A stretch of DNA of 64,000 nucleotides from the human T2T-CHM13v2.0 reference genome, Homo sapiens: NCBI RefSeq assembly GCF_009914755.1, contig NC_060925.1. One strand, given 5' to 3'. Positions 1-13,431 of the stretch are shown piece after piece. The position numbers and the translations under genes were made by a program. Numbering within the stretch: position 1 is the first letter of the stretch; the number at the start of each line of letters is the position of its first letter. The notes below the pieces were generated by a model that was not told where the DNA came from, made no database searches, and worked only from the letters and a program-made list of their open reading frames with translations.

Positions 1-1330
1 GTTAATAGTTTTGTGTTTTACCTCTCATATTAGAGATAAAATTGCTTTCCACATCACCCTTACAATATCAGAATATTTGGAATATAATTATGTATTACTT
101 ATTTGATTGACTTTTGTACTTTCATGTGTTTTATGTTGTTAATTAGCAGTCTTTCATATTAGCTTAAAGAACTTTCCCTAGAAATTCCTATTAAGAAGGC
201 TTAGTGGTGATTAATTTTCTTAGTTTTTGTTTGCCTGGGAAAGGTTTTGTGTTCCTCATTCCTGAAGGACAGCTTTACCAGATAAAGCATCCTTACTTGG
301 CAGTTATTTCCCCCCAGTACTTTGAATATTCATCCTACTTCTCCTTGTCTGCAGCGCTTTTGCTAAGAAATCTGCTGACAGATGTATTGGGACTTACTTG
401 TATGTGGCATATCTTTTGTATTTTGCTGCTTTCAGAATTACTGTCATTGATTTTTGAAGATTTTATTATGATGTGTCTTGGTGAGTTTCTCTTTGGTTTG
501 TATTTGATTGCAGAGATCTAAGCTTTTGTATTAGACCATTCTTGCATTGCTATAAAGAAATACCTGAGACTGGGTAATTTATAAAGAAAAGAATTTACCA
601 TTATTGCAGGCTGTACAGGAATCATGCTGCTGGCATCTGCTCAGCTTCTGGGGAGGCCTCAGGAAACTTAAAACCATGGTGGAAGGTGAAGGTGCAACAG
701 GAACATCACATGGCCAGAGCAAGAGCAAGAGAGAGTAAGGGCTTGTTGCTACACACTTTTAAATGACAAGATCTCATGAGAAATCACTCACTATCATGAG
801 GACAGTAACAAGAGGGATGATGCTAAACCATTCACGAGATATGCCCCATGATCCAATCATCTCCCACCAGGCCCCACCTCCAACATTGGAAATTATAATT
901 AAAACATGAGATTTTGGTGGGAACACAGATCCCAACCATATCAGCTTCCTATACCTGGATGGTGGTGTTTTCCCAAGATTTGAGAAATTTTCACTCAATA
1001 GTTCCTTAAAAATGCTTTGTTGGCCTTTTCTCTCTCTTCTCCTTCTAAACACCTACTACGCAAAGTTTAGTTCTCTTGATGGTTTCCCGTAACTCCCACA
1101 GGCCTTCTTCATTCTTTTTTATTCTTTTCTCTTTTTGTTCCTTTGACTGGATAATTTCCAATATCCTGTCATGGAGCTCACTGATTCTTTATTATGATTT
1201 AGGAAGCCTGCTACTGAAGTTTTCTACTAAATATTTTTGTTCACTTATTGTATTTTTATTTCTAGGATTTTTCTTATTTATAATTATTTCTATTTTTGTC
1301 AAACTTATTTTGTTCATGAATTGTGGCTTT
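1..1330 (-). mobile_element. Old L1 (L1M-type) ORF1-region fragment, interrupted by an MST LTR
   Basis: T-rich antisense L1 ORF1-like sequence; 40-250 is homologous to 2410-2610 of the neighbouring L1 copy; boundaries approximate. Confidence 0.7.
527..943 (-). mobile_element. MaLR solo LTR (MSTA/MSTB-like)
   Basis: TGTATTAG...CCATATCA termini, 417 bp, MST body (gaaatacctgagactgggtaatttataaagaaaa); 5-bp TSD gcttt/gcttc. Confidence 0.9.
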
Positions 1331-1332
1331 TG

Positions 1333-4300
1333 ATTGGATAATTTAATCTATTTACATTTAAAGTTGACAAGTTAGGACTTTCAAAAAGTTGCCATTTTGT
1401 TCATTGTTTTATGAAGGTTATGTGGTTCCGTTGTCCTTTGTTTCCTTCTTCTCTTGCTATCATTTTTTTTACATTTGAATAACACAGGATTTCTTTTATT
1501 TTTATTTTTTAACTTGTATTTTAAGTTCAGGGGTACATGTGCAGGATGTGCAGGTTTGTTACATAGGCAAATGTGTGTCAAGGGGGTTGGCTGTACAGAT
1601 TATTTCATCGGCCAGGTGTTAAGCCTAGTATCCATTAGTTATTTTTCCTGATATTCTCCTTCCTCCAACCCTCTGCCCTCTGGTAGGCCCCAGTGTATAT
1701 TGTTCTCCTCTATGTGTCTAAGTGTTCTTATCATTTAGCTCCAACTTATAAATAAGAACACATGGTATTTGGTTTTCTGTTCCTGCATTAGTTTGCTAAG
1801 GATGATGGCCTCCAGCTCCATCCATGTTTCCTCAAGGATCTAGAGACAGAAATGCCACTCAACCCAGAAATCCCATTACTGGGTATATACCCAAAGGAAT
1901 ATAAATCATTCTATTATAAAGACACACGTATATTTATGTTCATCGCAGCACTATTCACAATAACAAAGACATGGAATCAACCTAAATGCCCATCAATGAT
2001 AGACTGGATAAAGAAAATATGGTACATATACTCCATGGAATACTATGCAGCCATAAAAAATGAGTTCTTGTTCTTTTTATTTGTAGTTTGTTAATATTTT
2101 CTAGCAGTATACTTTGTTCTGTTCTCATTCTATTTTATTTATCTGCTAGAGGTTTTTTTCCTCTGTTGTTACCAGGGGGGTTAAATGTATATCTTATAGT
2201 TATAACAGTCTATTTTAAGCTGATAGCAACTTCAATTACATATAAATCTCTATACTTCTACTTCACTACTCTCACCTGTATGCTATTGATATCACACTTT
2301 ATATTTTCTGTGAATGAATATACAATATAAAAGATATAACTATTCTTTCACAAATATTATGGCTATAGTTATTTCTAATACCTTAGTCTTTTTTCTTTTA
2401 TACTAGAGTCAAAAGTGATTTACACACCACCATTAAAGTATTAGAATATTCTGAATTTGCCTTTACCAGTTAGTTTTATACTTTCATGTGTTTTCATATT
2501 TTTACTTAATATCATTTCATTTTAACTTGAAGAACTCCTTTTAATGTTTCTTGTAAGGCAGACCTAGTGGTGATGAAGTCCCTCAGCTTTTGTTTGTTTG
2601 AGAATGTCTTCATCTCTCCCTTTCTGAAGGAAAACTTCTCTAGGTGTAGCATTTTTGGAGCCTTTTTTTCAGCCTTTTGAATATATAATCCCATACTCTC
2701 CTAGCCTGCAAGATTTCTGTTAAGAAACCCATTGGCAGCCTCATTAAAGTTCTCTTGTGTGTGATGAGTCATTTTTCTCTTGCTGCTTTCACAGTACTCC
2801 TTTTGTCTGACTTTTGACAATTTGATTAGAATATTCAAGAATATTCAGAAATTATTTTAGTTGACCTTTCTTGGGGACCTTTAAGCTTTATGAATTTGTA
2901 GTCCCATATTGCTGTCAAGATTTGGGACGTTTTCAGCCATTATTTATTTAAACAAGCTTCCTTCCCTTTTCTCTCATTTCTTGTTATGAAATTCTTATAA
3001 TGAATTTATTTGTTTGTTTTATGATGTACCATAGGCGCTGTATGCTTTTTTCACTCTTTTTCATTCTTTTTTCTTTTTGTTCCTCTAACCAGGTAATTTC
3101 AAATGAGCTATATTTGAGTTTGCTGATTCTTCTGCATGACTGAGTCTGCTGTTTATGCTCTCTATTAAATTTTTCAGTTCTGTCATTGTATTTTTTAGCT
3201 CCTAGATTTCTGTTTGGTTATTTTTATAGTTTCTGTTTCTTATTAAACTTCTCATTGTGTTAATGCTCTGTTTTTGTTATTTTTAAATAATTATCTATCT
3301 ATGTTATCTTACATCCCACTGAGCCATTTTAAGATGATTATTTTGAATTCTTTGTCAGATAATTTGTAGATCATCATTTCTTTGATGTCAGTTACTAGAG
3401 CTTTGCTAGTTTCCTTAGGCAGTGTCATGTTTGCTTAATTGTTTGTAATCCAGGTAGCCTTGCATTGGTAGCTGAGCACTGGAAGAGATAAAGACCTCTT
3501 TCAGTCTTTACAACCACTTTCAGCAAGTAAATACCTTCTCCTGTTAGGTCCCCAGGATAATGGGATTGCCTCTGGAATTTCAGTTCAGTGAGGTTGAAGC
3601 TGGGTCACATAGTTCTTGCTGGGTCCACAGTGGGATCTGTGATTGGTAAGTCTGTTGTCAGGGGGCTTAGGTAGGCATATCTCCTATGGGGTCCCTAAGC
3701 AGATGAGACTGTCTCTGATACCTTGGTCAGTAAAGTTGTCATCGAGACAAGGATCATATGCTTCAGGATCCACAGTTGGATCTGCAGAAGGTGGGCCTAT
3801 TAACAGGTTTGTGGACAGGTGTGGCTCCTGCTGGGTCATTCCTGTTGCATTATTCATCAGACAGGACTGCTCCTGGATCATGGCTCAGAGGACCTGGAGT
3901 TGGGTCACATACTGCTTCAGAGTCCACAGTCAGGACCAGTGTCAGCAGGCCTGTTACCTGAAGCAGGGACAGATGTGGTTCCTCGTGCGTCCCTTGGTGG
4001 ATGGTGCTGGTGGCAAGACTAAGGCCAAATGGGGCTGTAGCAGAGTCCATAGGGGGATGGAGCTGTTTCCAGGTTTGTAGCCAAGGTCACCATCAGTGAG
4101 CCTGCCACCTGGGCACAGGCCTGCCTTCTCAAAACAGCTGTCATCAGTCTTAGGGTCTACCAGAGCTTACAATCACTTACTTGGATCCCATAGCTCCCAC
4201 AAAGGCATTTTTTTCCCATAAATGGCTGAGAAATTATTGTTGGAGTTGGGAGAATATGAAAGGAGACCTCCCATGCCACCAAATCGCTGACGTCACCCCT
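1333..4300 (-). mobile_element. Old L1M element: 5'UTR, ORF1 and inter-ORF region, decayed
   Basis: ORF1 C-terminal-like peptide on - strand (FSNKQKLRDFITTRSALQETLKGVL, 2512-2694); reverse complement near 4300 (aggggtgacgtcagc) resembles an L1M 5' end. Confidence 0.7.
1491..2076 (-). mobile_element. 5'-inverted (twin-primed) L1PA 3' fragment
   Basis: 1491-~1830 is an L1 3'UTR and tail on -; ~1831-2076 is the immediately upstream ORF2 C-terminus on + ([18 protein letters not shown]...YYAAIKNE). Confidence 0.85.
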
Positions 4301-4608
4301 GTGTTGCATTTTTATACCACATTCTCTATGGTTAAGGAATACATTGATTGTTTTTGGAAAAGAGCACTTAACAGTTTCTAAACATTTAACAAATAGCTAA
4401 TGATTTTTTGTCAATATTTATTGAGGCTGGCCTCACATCACTAGGCCAGGTATTAGAAGAGAATATCAATATTACTGAGAAATTTGCTTTAATCAGAGTT
4501 ATCTAACAAAGCAACCAATTAAAAAAACACTCATAAATATCACATTTTACAAGATGATCTGATCAATCAGTACAAAGTTCTTATCATAATCACAGAATTG
4601 AGTAATTA

Positions 4609-4826
4609 CAGTTGTTCCTTGATGTCCACAGGGGATTGTTTCTAGAACCTTTCCCTTATAACAAAATCCACAGACGCTTAAGTCTGCAGTTGACTCTGCA
4701 AAACGCATGAATACAAAAAGTCTGCCCTCTATATCTGTGGGTTCTGCATCCCACAAATACTGTATTTTTGATCCACAGTTGGCTAAATCTGCAGGTGCAG
4801 AACCCGTAAACACCAAAGGTTGACTG
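4609..4826 (+). mobile_element. MER8 (Tigger-derived MITE)
   Basis: CAGTTG...GACTG termini with TA target duplications at 4607-8 and 4827-8; MER8-like body. Confidence 0.85.
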
Positions 4827-4848
4827 TATTTGTTAAGTAAATACTTAC

Positions 4849-4973
4849 CTAATACACTTTGGCTTTGACTTAGGTGGCATTAACTCAATATTTCTAGAAG
4901 ATATGTTTATAAAGTCTACTTTAATAGGTACCTTCAGATCATAACAATAAAATTGATTTTGCTCTCTCTGTCT
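4849..4973 (-). other. Candidate exon (125 nt) of an unidentified minus-strand transcript
   Basis: Acceptor ttttaaAG, consensus donor AG|GTAAGT; only phase 0 is open (RQREQNQFYCYDLKVPIKVDFINISSRNIELMPPKSKPKCIR). Confidence 0.45.
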
Positions 4974-4989
4974 CTTTAAAATGTGCATG

Positions 4990-5018
4990 CACACACACAC
5001 ACACACACACACACACAC
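4990..5018. repeat. (CA)n microsatellite
   Basis: About 14 CA units. Confidence 0.97.
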
Positions 5019-5362
5019 CACACTCAAATTGGTATTCTGAATGCTCCAAATCAAATCTTGGTGTTCTGAAATATATCCTAAGAAATGTCTATTATTGTCA
5101 AGGGGAACTCCTTCATGATGCATACGCAACTATGAGAATGTTCTGCATGTTTACTGTTTTCACTTCTGTCATGATCTATTCAAGAAGGAAGTTTATGTAT
5201 AAAACATTAAGTGTACTAACCAATTAAATACATATTAAAATGTATCAACATCATTAAAGTCCAACAAAAATTTTCCTAGCAGGTATACATCTCTCTTATT
5301 TTTCTGGTTTTGTGGAAGACATCCAAAGAAAGCAAAAAGTGATTCGTTCTCTCTTTCTCACA

Positions 5363-5662
5363 TTTTTTTTTTTTTAAAGACAGGTTCTCACTCTGTCACT
5401 CAGGCTGAAATATAGTGCCATAATCCATAACTCACTGCAGCCTCCAATTCCTGGGCTCAGGGAATCTTCCTGCCTCAGCCTCCTGAGTAGCTATGACTAC
5501 TGGTGCACACCACTACACTTGGCTATTTTTTTTTTTAATTTTTTGAAGAGACAGGGTTTTGTTTTGTTGCCCAGGGTGGTCTCGAAATTGTGGCCTCAAG
5601 CTATCCTCCTTCCTCAGCCTCACAAAGTGCTGGGATTACAGGTGTGAGCCACTGCTCCTGGC
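5363..5662 (-). mobile_element. AluJ
   Basis: Poly-T head, dimeric Alu, J-type ctcactgcagcctcc...ctgggctca. Confidence 0.9.
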
Positions 5663-7215
5663 TTCTTCTTACTATTTACATACTTTCATACAAAATAAAT
5701 AATCTACTCCATATAGTATCAGAGAAATTTAAAAATAATGCTATCTACTGCATTTTTATTTTTAAGGATGATTAGTACTTTTACGAGTTCCTGAGGTGAG
5801 GAGAAGAAAGAATGCATGTTCTTTTCAGTGCAATGACAAAATTGAGATGATAGCCGTGATTCATGAGAGATACATACATTCCATAAAAATGTCATGATAG
5901 AAATTTCATTTTGATAGAGTATTATTATTTAATTTGGGGAAAAATGTAAATGTCTCCAAATAGAGGTTGATTCTTATTTTCATAGCAATACTTTTGGCAC
6001 ACAGTTAAGTGTTTATTTAAAATAAAAAATCATAATTTATTAAATCTATTTTTACATTTTCTATTAAATGTGGTTCTTTCATTTCTTCAATATAAAAATA
6101 AAAACTTTTTTAATAACTGAAGATGTTAGTTAAGTTTATAAGGAAAGAAAAAGTAAAACTTCACCAAAAGAATAAAAAACAAAGATGAAACAGTTCAATC
6201 AATTACCAGGTTTCCAGCTGGAAGTTTTCCCATTGCTTGGCCTTGAAACTTACTGCTTACAGCTCATCTTCTCTAGCACCAATCATGGATTACCATGTAT
6301 GCAATCCAGTTTTCTCAGAAGGTTCTACGCCATCAAGATACCATTCATTTATGTTTGAAAATAAAATTATTTGAATAGGTTAGGCTTTTACACTAAGAGT
6401 AGTTCTGACTGAACTAAGAACTTTATTCAATGAATAGGAAAATTATGTTCCTCATCCTCCATCCTCTGGCTTTAAGCCAGGCCTGGAACCTGGCAAAGAA
6501 TGTCAAGCATCTAAAGCTAATATTCTAGACTTTGGTTCTAGGAGGAAATAAATAATTTCTGGGTTTTTTGTTCCCATATGCTGTAACATAAACTTATACC
6601 TATTACATAGAAAAATAACTATTTTAGAAAGAAGAATATCAATTTAATAATTTGTTTATTGAAATTTTTCCAGTTAAAATAATTTTTTCCACTTCAAACT
6701 GCTTTATAACTTCTTTCATCTCCTTAACTACTGAGACAGACTCAGCCTTGGGTAGCATAGTGATCAGAATATTTCCAACCACAGTTTCTTATTGCAAAGA
6801 CGCCCAGTAGTGTGTGTATACAAATACCTGGAGGTGACCTCTTCCAGGCAATTTACATAGGATAAGTATTTTGGACCGCTCAGTGAACTACAAAGTCAAT
6901 CTCAAAGGCTGTAGAGAGAAGATGGAAGTAACAAAATTCCTGGAGCATAAACCAGAGCATTCCTAGCAGATATTATATACTGGTTGTACTCAAAACATTC
7001 CACAAAAACTCACAAGTGTATGATGTCCTGCAGAATCAAACAGGAAACTGAGTATCACCAAAGAGGGTAACTTTGATACGGGATCAGAGTGGGTATATGG
7101 TAGGCTAATGAGAAGAGTCAGGGGTGTCAGAGAGATGGAGAAAATCAGCAACAGGAGAAAAATGTAATTTCCTGCTGTAAGTAGTTGTAAAACTGAGCAT
7201 TTAGTAAATTTCTAC

Positions 7216-7290
7216 TTATTGCAGTTTGTCCCTACAAACTCTTTAATAATATGATCAGTTTTACTGGTTGCATGAAACAACGTACATGTG
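7216..7290 (-). other. Weak candidate exon (75 nt)
   Basis: Pyrimidine-rich acceptor tcttccctgtAG; open phase-2 frame TCTLFHATSKTDHIIKEFVGTNCNK; weak donor AA|GTAGAA. Confidence 0.25.
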
Positions 7291-7639
7291 CTACAGGGAA
7301 GATCTAAACTAAGAGGCATATTAAGAAAGAGGAGTGAGGAGAAGGATTGGGACAATGCTCTCATCTCATACAGAGAAAACTCCTCAGTTTTCCTGTTGGG
7401 TTTGGTAGGTACAAAGCAAATAAAGGGGCTGGACTCCAGTTTTATCACATACTTCAAACTTCATGCTCCATCTCTCCATCTCTTTACGTGCAGCAAGGAT
7501 GTGTCAATGGGAAATTATACATTCACCCCATTTGCGAAGGCAGGGAATCAAAATTTATTTTTAATTAAAAACAAGATATAAAGTATTTTTAAAATAGAAA
7601 ACTTCATGCAGTTTGTGTTCAATTGTTACTGTGTTTATC

Positions 7640-7790
7640 TGCACAAGTTACTTAACTTCTCTATGCCTCAGTTTCCTCATCTATAAAATAGGAGAAATAG
7701 AACCATCCTCAAAGGGGTTTTAGATACATTGAGTTAGCATATGTAAAGCAGTAAGAATAGTGTCCAACTCACAGTAAGTGCTGTAAACTA
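7640..7790 (+). mobile_element. MIR
   Basis: MIR core caagttacttaacttctctatgcctcagtttcctcatctataaaat. Confidence 0.85.
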
Positions 7791-8139
7791 TTTTTATTGT
7801 TATTTTTGTAGTCACATCAACATATCCAAAGACCCAAGTAGCTTTCTACAGAGCATAATATTCAGCCTTTCCTGATTATCAAGAAAATTAAGAAAATGAA
7901 AAATTAAAAAATCAAAAAATGAAAAACAGTGGAGAAATAAAATCAGATCCATCCCAGAGTAGCCACTTTATCTGTTTTTAATAATTTGAAAGAGACAGAG
8001 AGTCTAAATTATTTCCAGCTAATCAATAAAAGATATATTCATTTGTATTACTTTAGACTAACCTACGAAAAGCTAAAATGAAGGCCCACCTATTTAAAAG
8101 TGTGAGATTATATATTTTTTTATTTAGTTCAACCTTCTA

Positions 8140-8565
<426 letters not shown>

Positions 8566-11500
8566 TCAGGGTAAGGAAAGAGCTTTTTCCCAGTGAGTCA
8601 GAGATCAAATGCATGTAAAATGTTTTACCTAAATAAAAAATTTGCCCTTTTTCCTTAAATTTACACTTACTTTTCCCCAGATGCCTAACTCTGGCTAACA
8701 CTTACATGCAGATTGAGAGGAAAAAATAAAGAGTAATTAAGATTACAGGAGAATATTTTAATCCTGGCATTCTGACACTGAGGATATTCAACATAAAATA
8801 CAACTTTACCCAAGCAAAACAAGATTAGGAGGAAATCATCATGACAAAATAAAACTAGCAATTCTAAAGACATGTACATATAGTGAAGTGAATTTTTTCT
8901 TTGTAAAAGTTAGTTGAACAATGGTCAAAATGGGTTAAAGAATCACATATTGTTAGTAAACCAGAAAACTGCAAAAATTGACCTTGGAAGAAATGAAACC
9001 TTCAGAGAAGTTATTAACAGAAAATAGAATTGACATTAGCTAAACTTTTCATGGTAATGTTTACTGACCAAAAATTGATAAAAGAATTATATCTTCCTTT
9101 AAAATTTGACATTGGAAAATTGTATTAGGGAGAAATAATGACCACAGAAATATTTAATGAAATAGCTTTGGTTGTTCAAACAATGTAGATAAAACATAAT
9201 CACTAAATCAAATCTTTGTTTTTAAATTGACATTCAGTCCAATGAAGTTTAGTAGAATAAAAAAGAATAAAACCATAGTTTAACACTGCTATACAAAAAA
9301 TTAAGGAATCAAACTCATAGATTTTACTTCAAAAAATGTAAGAACTCCTTATTGACCTGAATTCATTGATGATCGTATAAATCTGAATATTGGTATTTAG
9401 AAGCAGAGTCAAAATATCCTCAGGTCAACATTTAAATTAGGTCAAAGTGTCAGAATCAAGAAAAAGATCTAGAAGATGGCTGACTAGATGCAGCTGGGAA
9501 AGGCCTCCCTCACTAACAGAAACCAAAATGTAGAGTAAACCATTATACTTTGAAAAAATATTTTGAGAGAAAACACCAAAAATCGATAGGGAGGTGACAG
9601 ACATTGTGGCTAAAGAGGGAGGAAACTGGGAAGCCTGCATGGAGTCACCGAGCACCAAGACCAGCTCCTGGCCCTCAACAGGTCCTAAGGAAGGGGTGAG
9701 TAAAGGAACTCCAAGGCACCACACCCCAAATACAACCCTCTGGGATCCTAGAGACAAGAGATCCCATTACCCCCACAGACATTTGAATTGGCAGGAGGAA
9801 CTTCTTAGAGACCAGACAGAGGCAGAGATTGAACCTGCATAGAACCCTGAAGGTTTCAAGGTGGCACGTGGTGCAGCAGCAACTAAACGTGACTTCAGGC
9901 ATTTATCCCAGAAGGCTCTCTATCTTGCTCTGAGTGACTGTAGCTCCTGCTGACTGTTCGGCCAGGAGAGAGCAAGGCTGCCTTTCCTGCAGGAGCAGGG
10001 CACATCTGATCCACACGCTGCCTTGTCCACCAGTCCCTCCTAAGACAACCTGCCTGGCTACTCCTGCAGGAGGTTGCCCACAGCACAGCCTCTACTGCCC
10101 CACCTGAGTGTTTTGCCAGCTGTCTGGGAGGAGTTAAACTCCCCCAGCACAGCTGGCACTCAACCCTGAGGGTTCAGAGGACAAAACTACTGGCCGAGTC
10201 CCTACCCCCCAGGATTCAAGCACACTACCCAGGGGCATCAAGCTGAGATCTGTGGCCTGAGCTCAGGTTGGGGAGGAGCCCCCACTCTCAGAACACTGAG
10301 GGAGTGTGGCCTGTGCTCATGTGGTGGCATGGGAGCTGGTCATCCCTCCCTCCACCAGACCAGTCCAGAAAGGGTGTAGCCTGTTAGCTGCAGCTTCTGC
10401 CCCAAGGAGCCCTGCAGCCTAGAACATTTTGGAACAGCAAGTGACCTGAATGCAGAAGGCTTGGGACAAGTCTAGCTGGTTGGGCCTGTTCTTACGCAGG
10501 CATCAGAGGGAGACCCAGTAGAAGGGGTGCAAGCTGAGCAGGTCCCACAATCATCCTCTGGGCTAAAATCCCTGGCCACAGTCAACACACAAGCTGAATA
10601 CCTGTGGTACCACCACTCTCCCTCAGGATCCTCCACTCTTGACCCACTGAATCACCAGACTACCTGCAGACATACCTCACAACCTCCTTGGACTCTGCCA
10701 GGCTTAGAGGACCAGTAGGTCTCCAGGGAATTGTGGGTCTCCTGGTGACCTAACACTTGGCACAGACCACACCTAAGAAGGTGTGGAGAAGGTAGCCCAC
10801 CAAAGCCCCACTTGATGCTAAGGAAATGCAGGCGTGATGCCAGTAACTGCAGGGTACTCCACTAAGGCCTGTGGACAAACTTGGTGAGGAAGTCATCTTT
10901 TGCCCCCCATTCCCCTCCCCAGGGCACCGCTGCACATGCACTGAAACACACAAGAGGCATGTGGCTAAGAGCCTATCTGCCAGCCCTGACTCTTAAGCAC
11001 TATCTACTGGATTGCAACCTGAATCACACCGGGAAGCAAAAATACATCCCTTCAGCGCTCAATGCCTGGAGACCCATGCAGGAAAGGATCCACAACTGAG
11101 GAACTCTACACAGCCTTGGCCCTCTAAAAGCACATAGAAATGAAGCCAGTACTATACACAACATACACCACAGTCAAACACAAAAATTATTATAAAAACA
11201 AAAAGTCCCATCCAAATGACGGCAATTTCAAAAAGAAATACTGGCCCCCTCATATGAGAAGCAATCAGTGCAAGAACTCTAGCAATTTAAAAAGTCAGAG
11301 TGTTTCCTTACCTCTAAAGGATTGCACTATCTCTCCAGCAATGGATCCTAACCAGATTGAAATGTCTGAAACAACTGACATAGAATTCAGAATATGGATG
11401 GCCAAGAAAGCTCAACGAGATTCAAGAGAAAATTAAAACCCAATCCAAGAAAACTCAAAAAATGATCCAAGTATCGAAAGACAACAGAGCCATTTTAAGT

Positions 11501-12172
11501 AAGAACCAAACTCAACTTCTGGAATTGAAAATTTCACTATAGAAATTTCAAAATACAGCTGAAAGTCTTAATAACAGATTAGACCAAGCTGAGGAAAGAA
11601 TTTCAGAGCTTGAAGATCAGTCTTCCAAATCAACTCAGTCAGACAAAAACAAATAAAAAAGAATAATTTAAAAATAGACAAACCCTCTAGAGACTATACG
11701 TGTGACTCACTGGCATGTCTGAGAGAGAAGAGAGAGTAAGCAACTTGGAAAACATATCTGAGGATACAATCCACAACAATTTCCCCAATTTTGCGAAAGA
11801 AGTTGACATGTAAGTTCAAGAAATTCAGAGAATCTTTGTGAGACATTATACAAGGTGACCTTCCTCAAGACACATAATCATCAGAATTTTCAAAGTCAAC
11901 AAGAAAAGAAATCTTAAAGGCAACTGTAGAAAAGGGTCATATCACTTTTCTATCACTGTTCACAAAGGGAACCCCATCAGGTGAACAGTGGACTTCTCAG
12001 CAGAAACCTTACAAGCCAGAATAGACCTGGAGGCCTATTTTTAGCATTCTTGAAGTAAAGAAATACCAACCAAGTATTTTGTATCTCACCAAACTAATTT
12101 TCATAACAGAAGGAGAAAGACAATTTTTCCCGAACAAGCAATCACTAAGAAAATTCATTACCACTGAATCGT

Positions 12173-13068
12173 GGAGGAGCCAAGATGGCCGAATAGGAAC
12201 AGCTCCTGTCTACAGCTCCCAGCGTGAGTGACACAGAAGATGGGTGATTTCTGCATTTCCATCTGAGGTACCGGGTTCATCTCACTTGGGAGTGCCAGGC
12301 AGTGGGCGCAGGTCAGTGGGTGTGTGCACCGTGTGCGAGCCGAAGCAGGGCGAGGCATTGCCTCACTTGGGAAGTGCAAGGGGTCAGGGAGTTCCCTTTC
12401 CAAGTCAAAGAAAGGGGTGACGGACGCACCTGGAAAATTGGGTCACTCCCACCCAAATACTGCGCTTTTCCGACCGGCTTAAAAAACGGCGCACGACGAG
12501 ATTATATCCCACACCTGGCTCAGAGGGTCCTACGCCCATGGAGTCTCGCTGATTGCTAGCACAGCAGTCTGAGATCAAACTGCAAGGCGGCAGCGAGGCT
12601 GGGGGAGGGGCGCCCGCCATTGCCCAGGCTTGCCTAGGTAAACAAAGCAGCCAGGAAGCTCCAACTGGGTGGAGCCCACCACAGCTCAAGGAGGCCTGCC
12701 TGCCTCTGTAGGCTCCACCCCTGGGGGCAGGGCACAGACAAACAAAAAGACAGCAGTAACCTCTGCAGACTTAAATGTCCCTGTCTGACAGCTTTGAAGA
12801 GAGCAGTGGTTCTCCCAGCACGCAGCTGGAGATCTGAGAACGGGCAGACTGCCTCCTCAAGAGGGTCCCTAAACCCCGAGCAGCCTAACTGGGAGGCACC
12901 CCCCAGCAGGGGCACACTGACACCTCACACGGCAGGGTACTCCAACAGACCTGCAGCTGAGGGTCCTGTCTGTTAGAAGGAAAACTAACAAACAGAAAGG
13001 ACATCCACACCAAAAACCCATCTGTACATCACCATCATCAAAGACCAAAAGTAGATAAAACCACAAAG
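12173..13068 (+). promoter_or_regulatory. L1 5'UTR: internal sense promoter with YY1 site, plus antisense promoter
   Basis: YY1 site CAAGATGGCC at 12181-90; CpG-rich; homologous to the L1HS 5'UTR. Confidence 0.85.
12405..12620 (-). CDS. ORF0: L1 antisense ORF0, intact 71 aa
   Basis: MAGAPPPASLPPCSLISDCCASNQRD...RCVRHPFL; ATG at 12620-18; splice donors CAG|GTGTGG (after 12515) and CAG|GTGCGT (after 12430). Confidence 0.9.
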   Translation of the reverse strand: MAGAPPPASLPPCSLISDCCASNQRDSMGVGPSEPGVGYNLVVRRFLSRSEKRSIWVGVTQFSRCVRHPFL

Positions 13069-13431
13069 ATGGGGAAAAAACAGAGCAGAAAAACTGGAAA
13101 CTCTAAAAAGCAGAGCGCCTCTCCTCCAAAGGAACGCAGTTCCTCACCAGCAATGGAACAAAGCTGGATGGAGAATGACTTTGACAAGCTGAGAGCAGAA
13201 GGCTTCAGACGATCAAATTACTCTGAGCTACGGGAGGACATTCAAACCAAAGGCAAAGAAGTTGAAAACTTTGAAAAAAATTTAGAAGAATGTAAAACTA
13301 GAATAACCAATACAGAGAAGTGCTTAAAGGAGCTGATGGAGCTGAAAACCAAGGCTCGAGAACTACGTGAAGAATGAAGAAGCCTCAGGAGTCGATGCTA
13401 TCAACTGGAAGAAAGGGTATCAGCAATGGAA
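13069..13431 (+). pseudogene. L1 ORF1 N-terminal part with premature stop
   Basis: MGKKQSRKTG...; TGC>TGA at 13375-77 (consensus C104); 3-bp deletion in SPPPK; then interrupted by the LTR. Confidence 0.93.

Noticed and set aside
3643-4080. 145-aa plus-strand ORF
   Set aside because: Lies antisense in an old L1 5'UTR, lacks an ATG start and has no recognisable domain
5030-6830. Further protein-like minus-strand stretches (e.g. INEWYLDGVEPSEKTGLHTW, ETVVGNILITMLPKAESV)
   Set aside because: Stops in all frames and inconsistent splice sites; not distinguishable from chance by eye, though worth including in a tblastn
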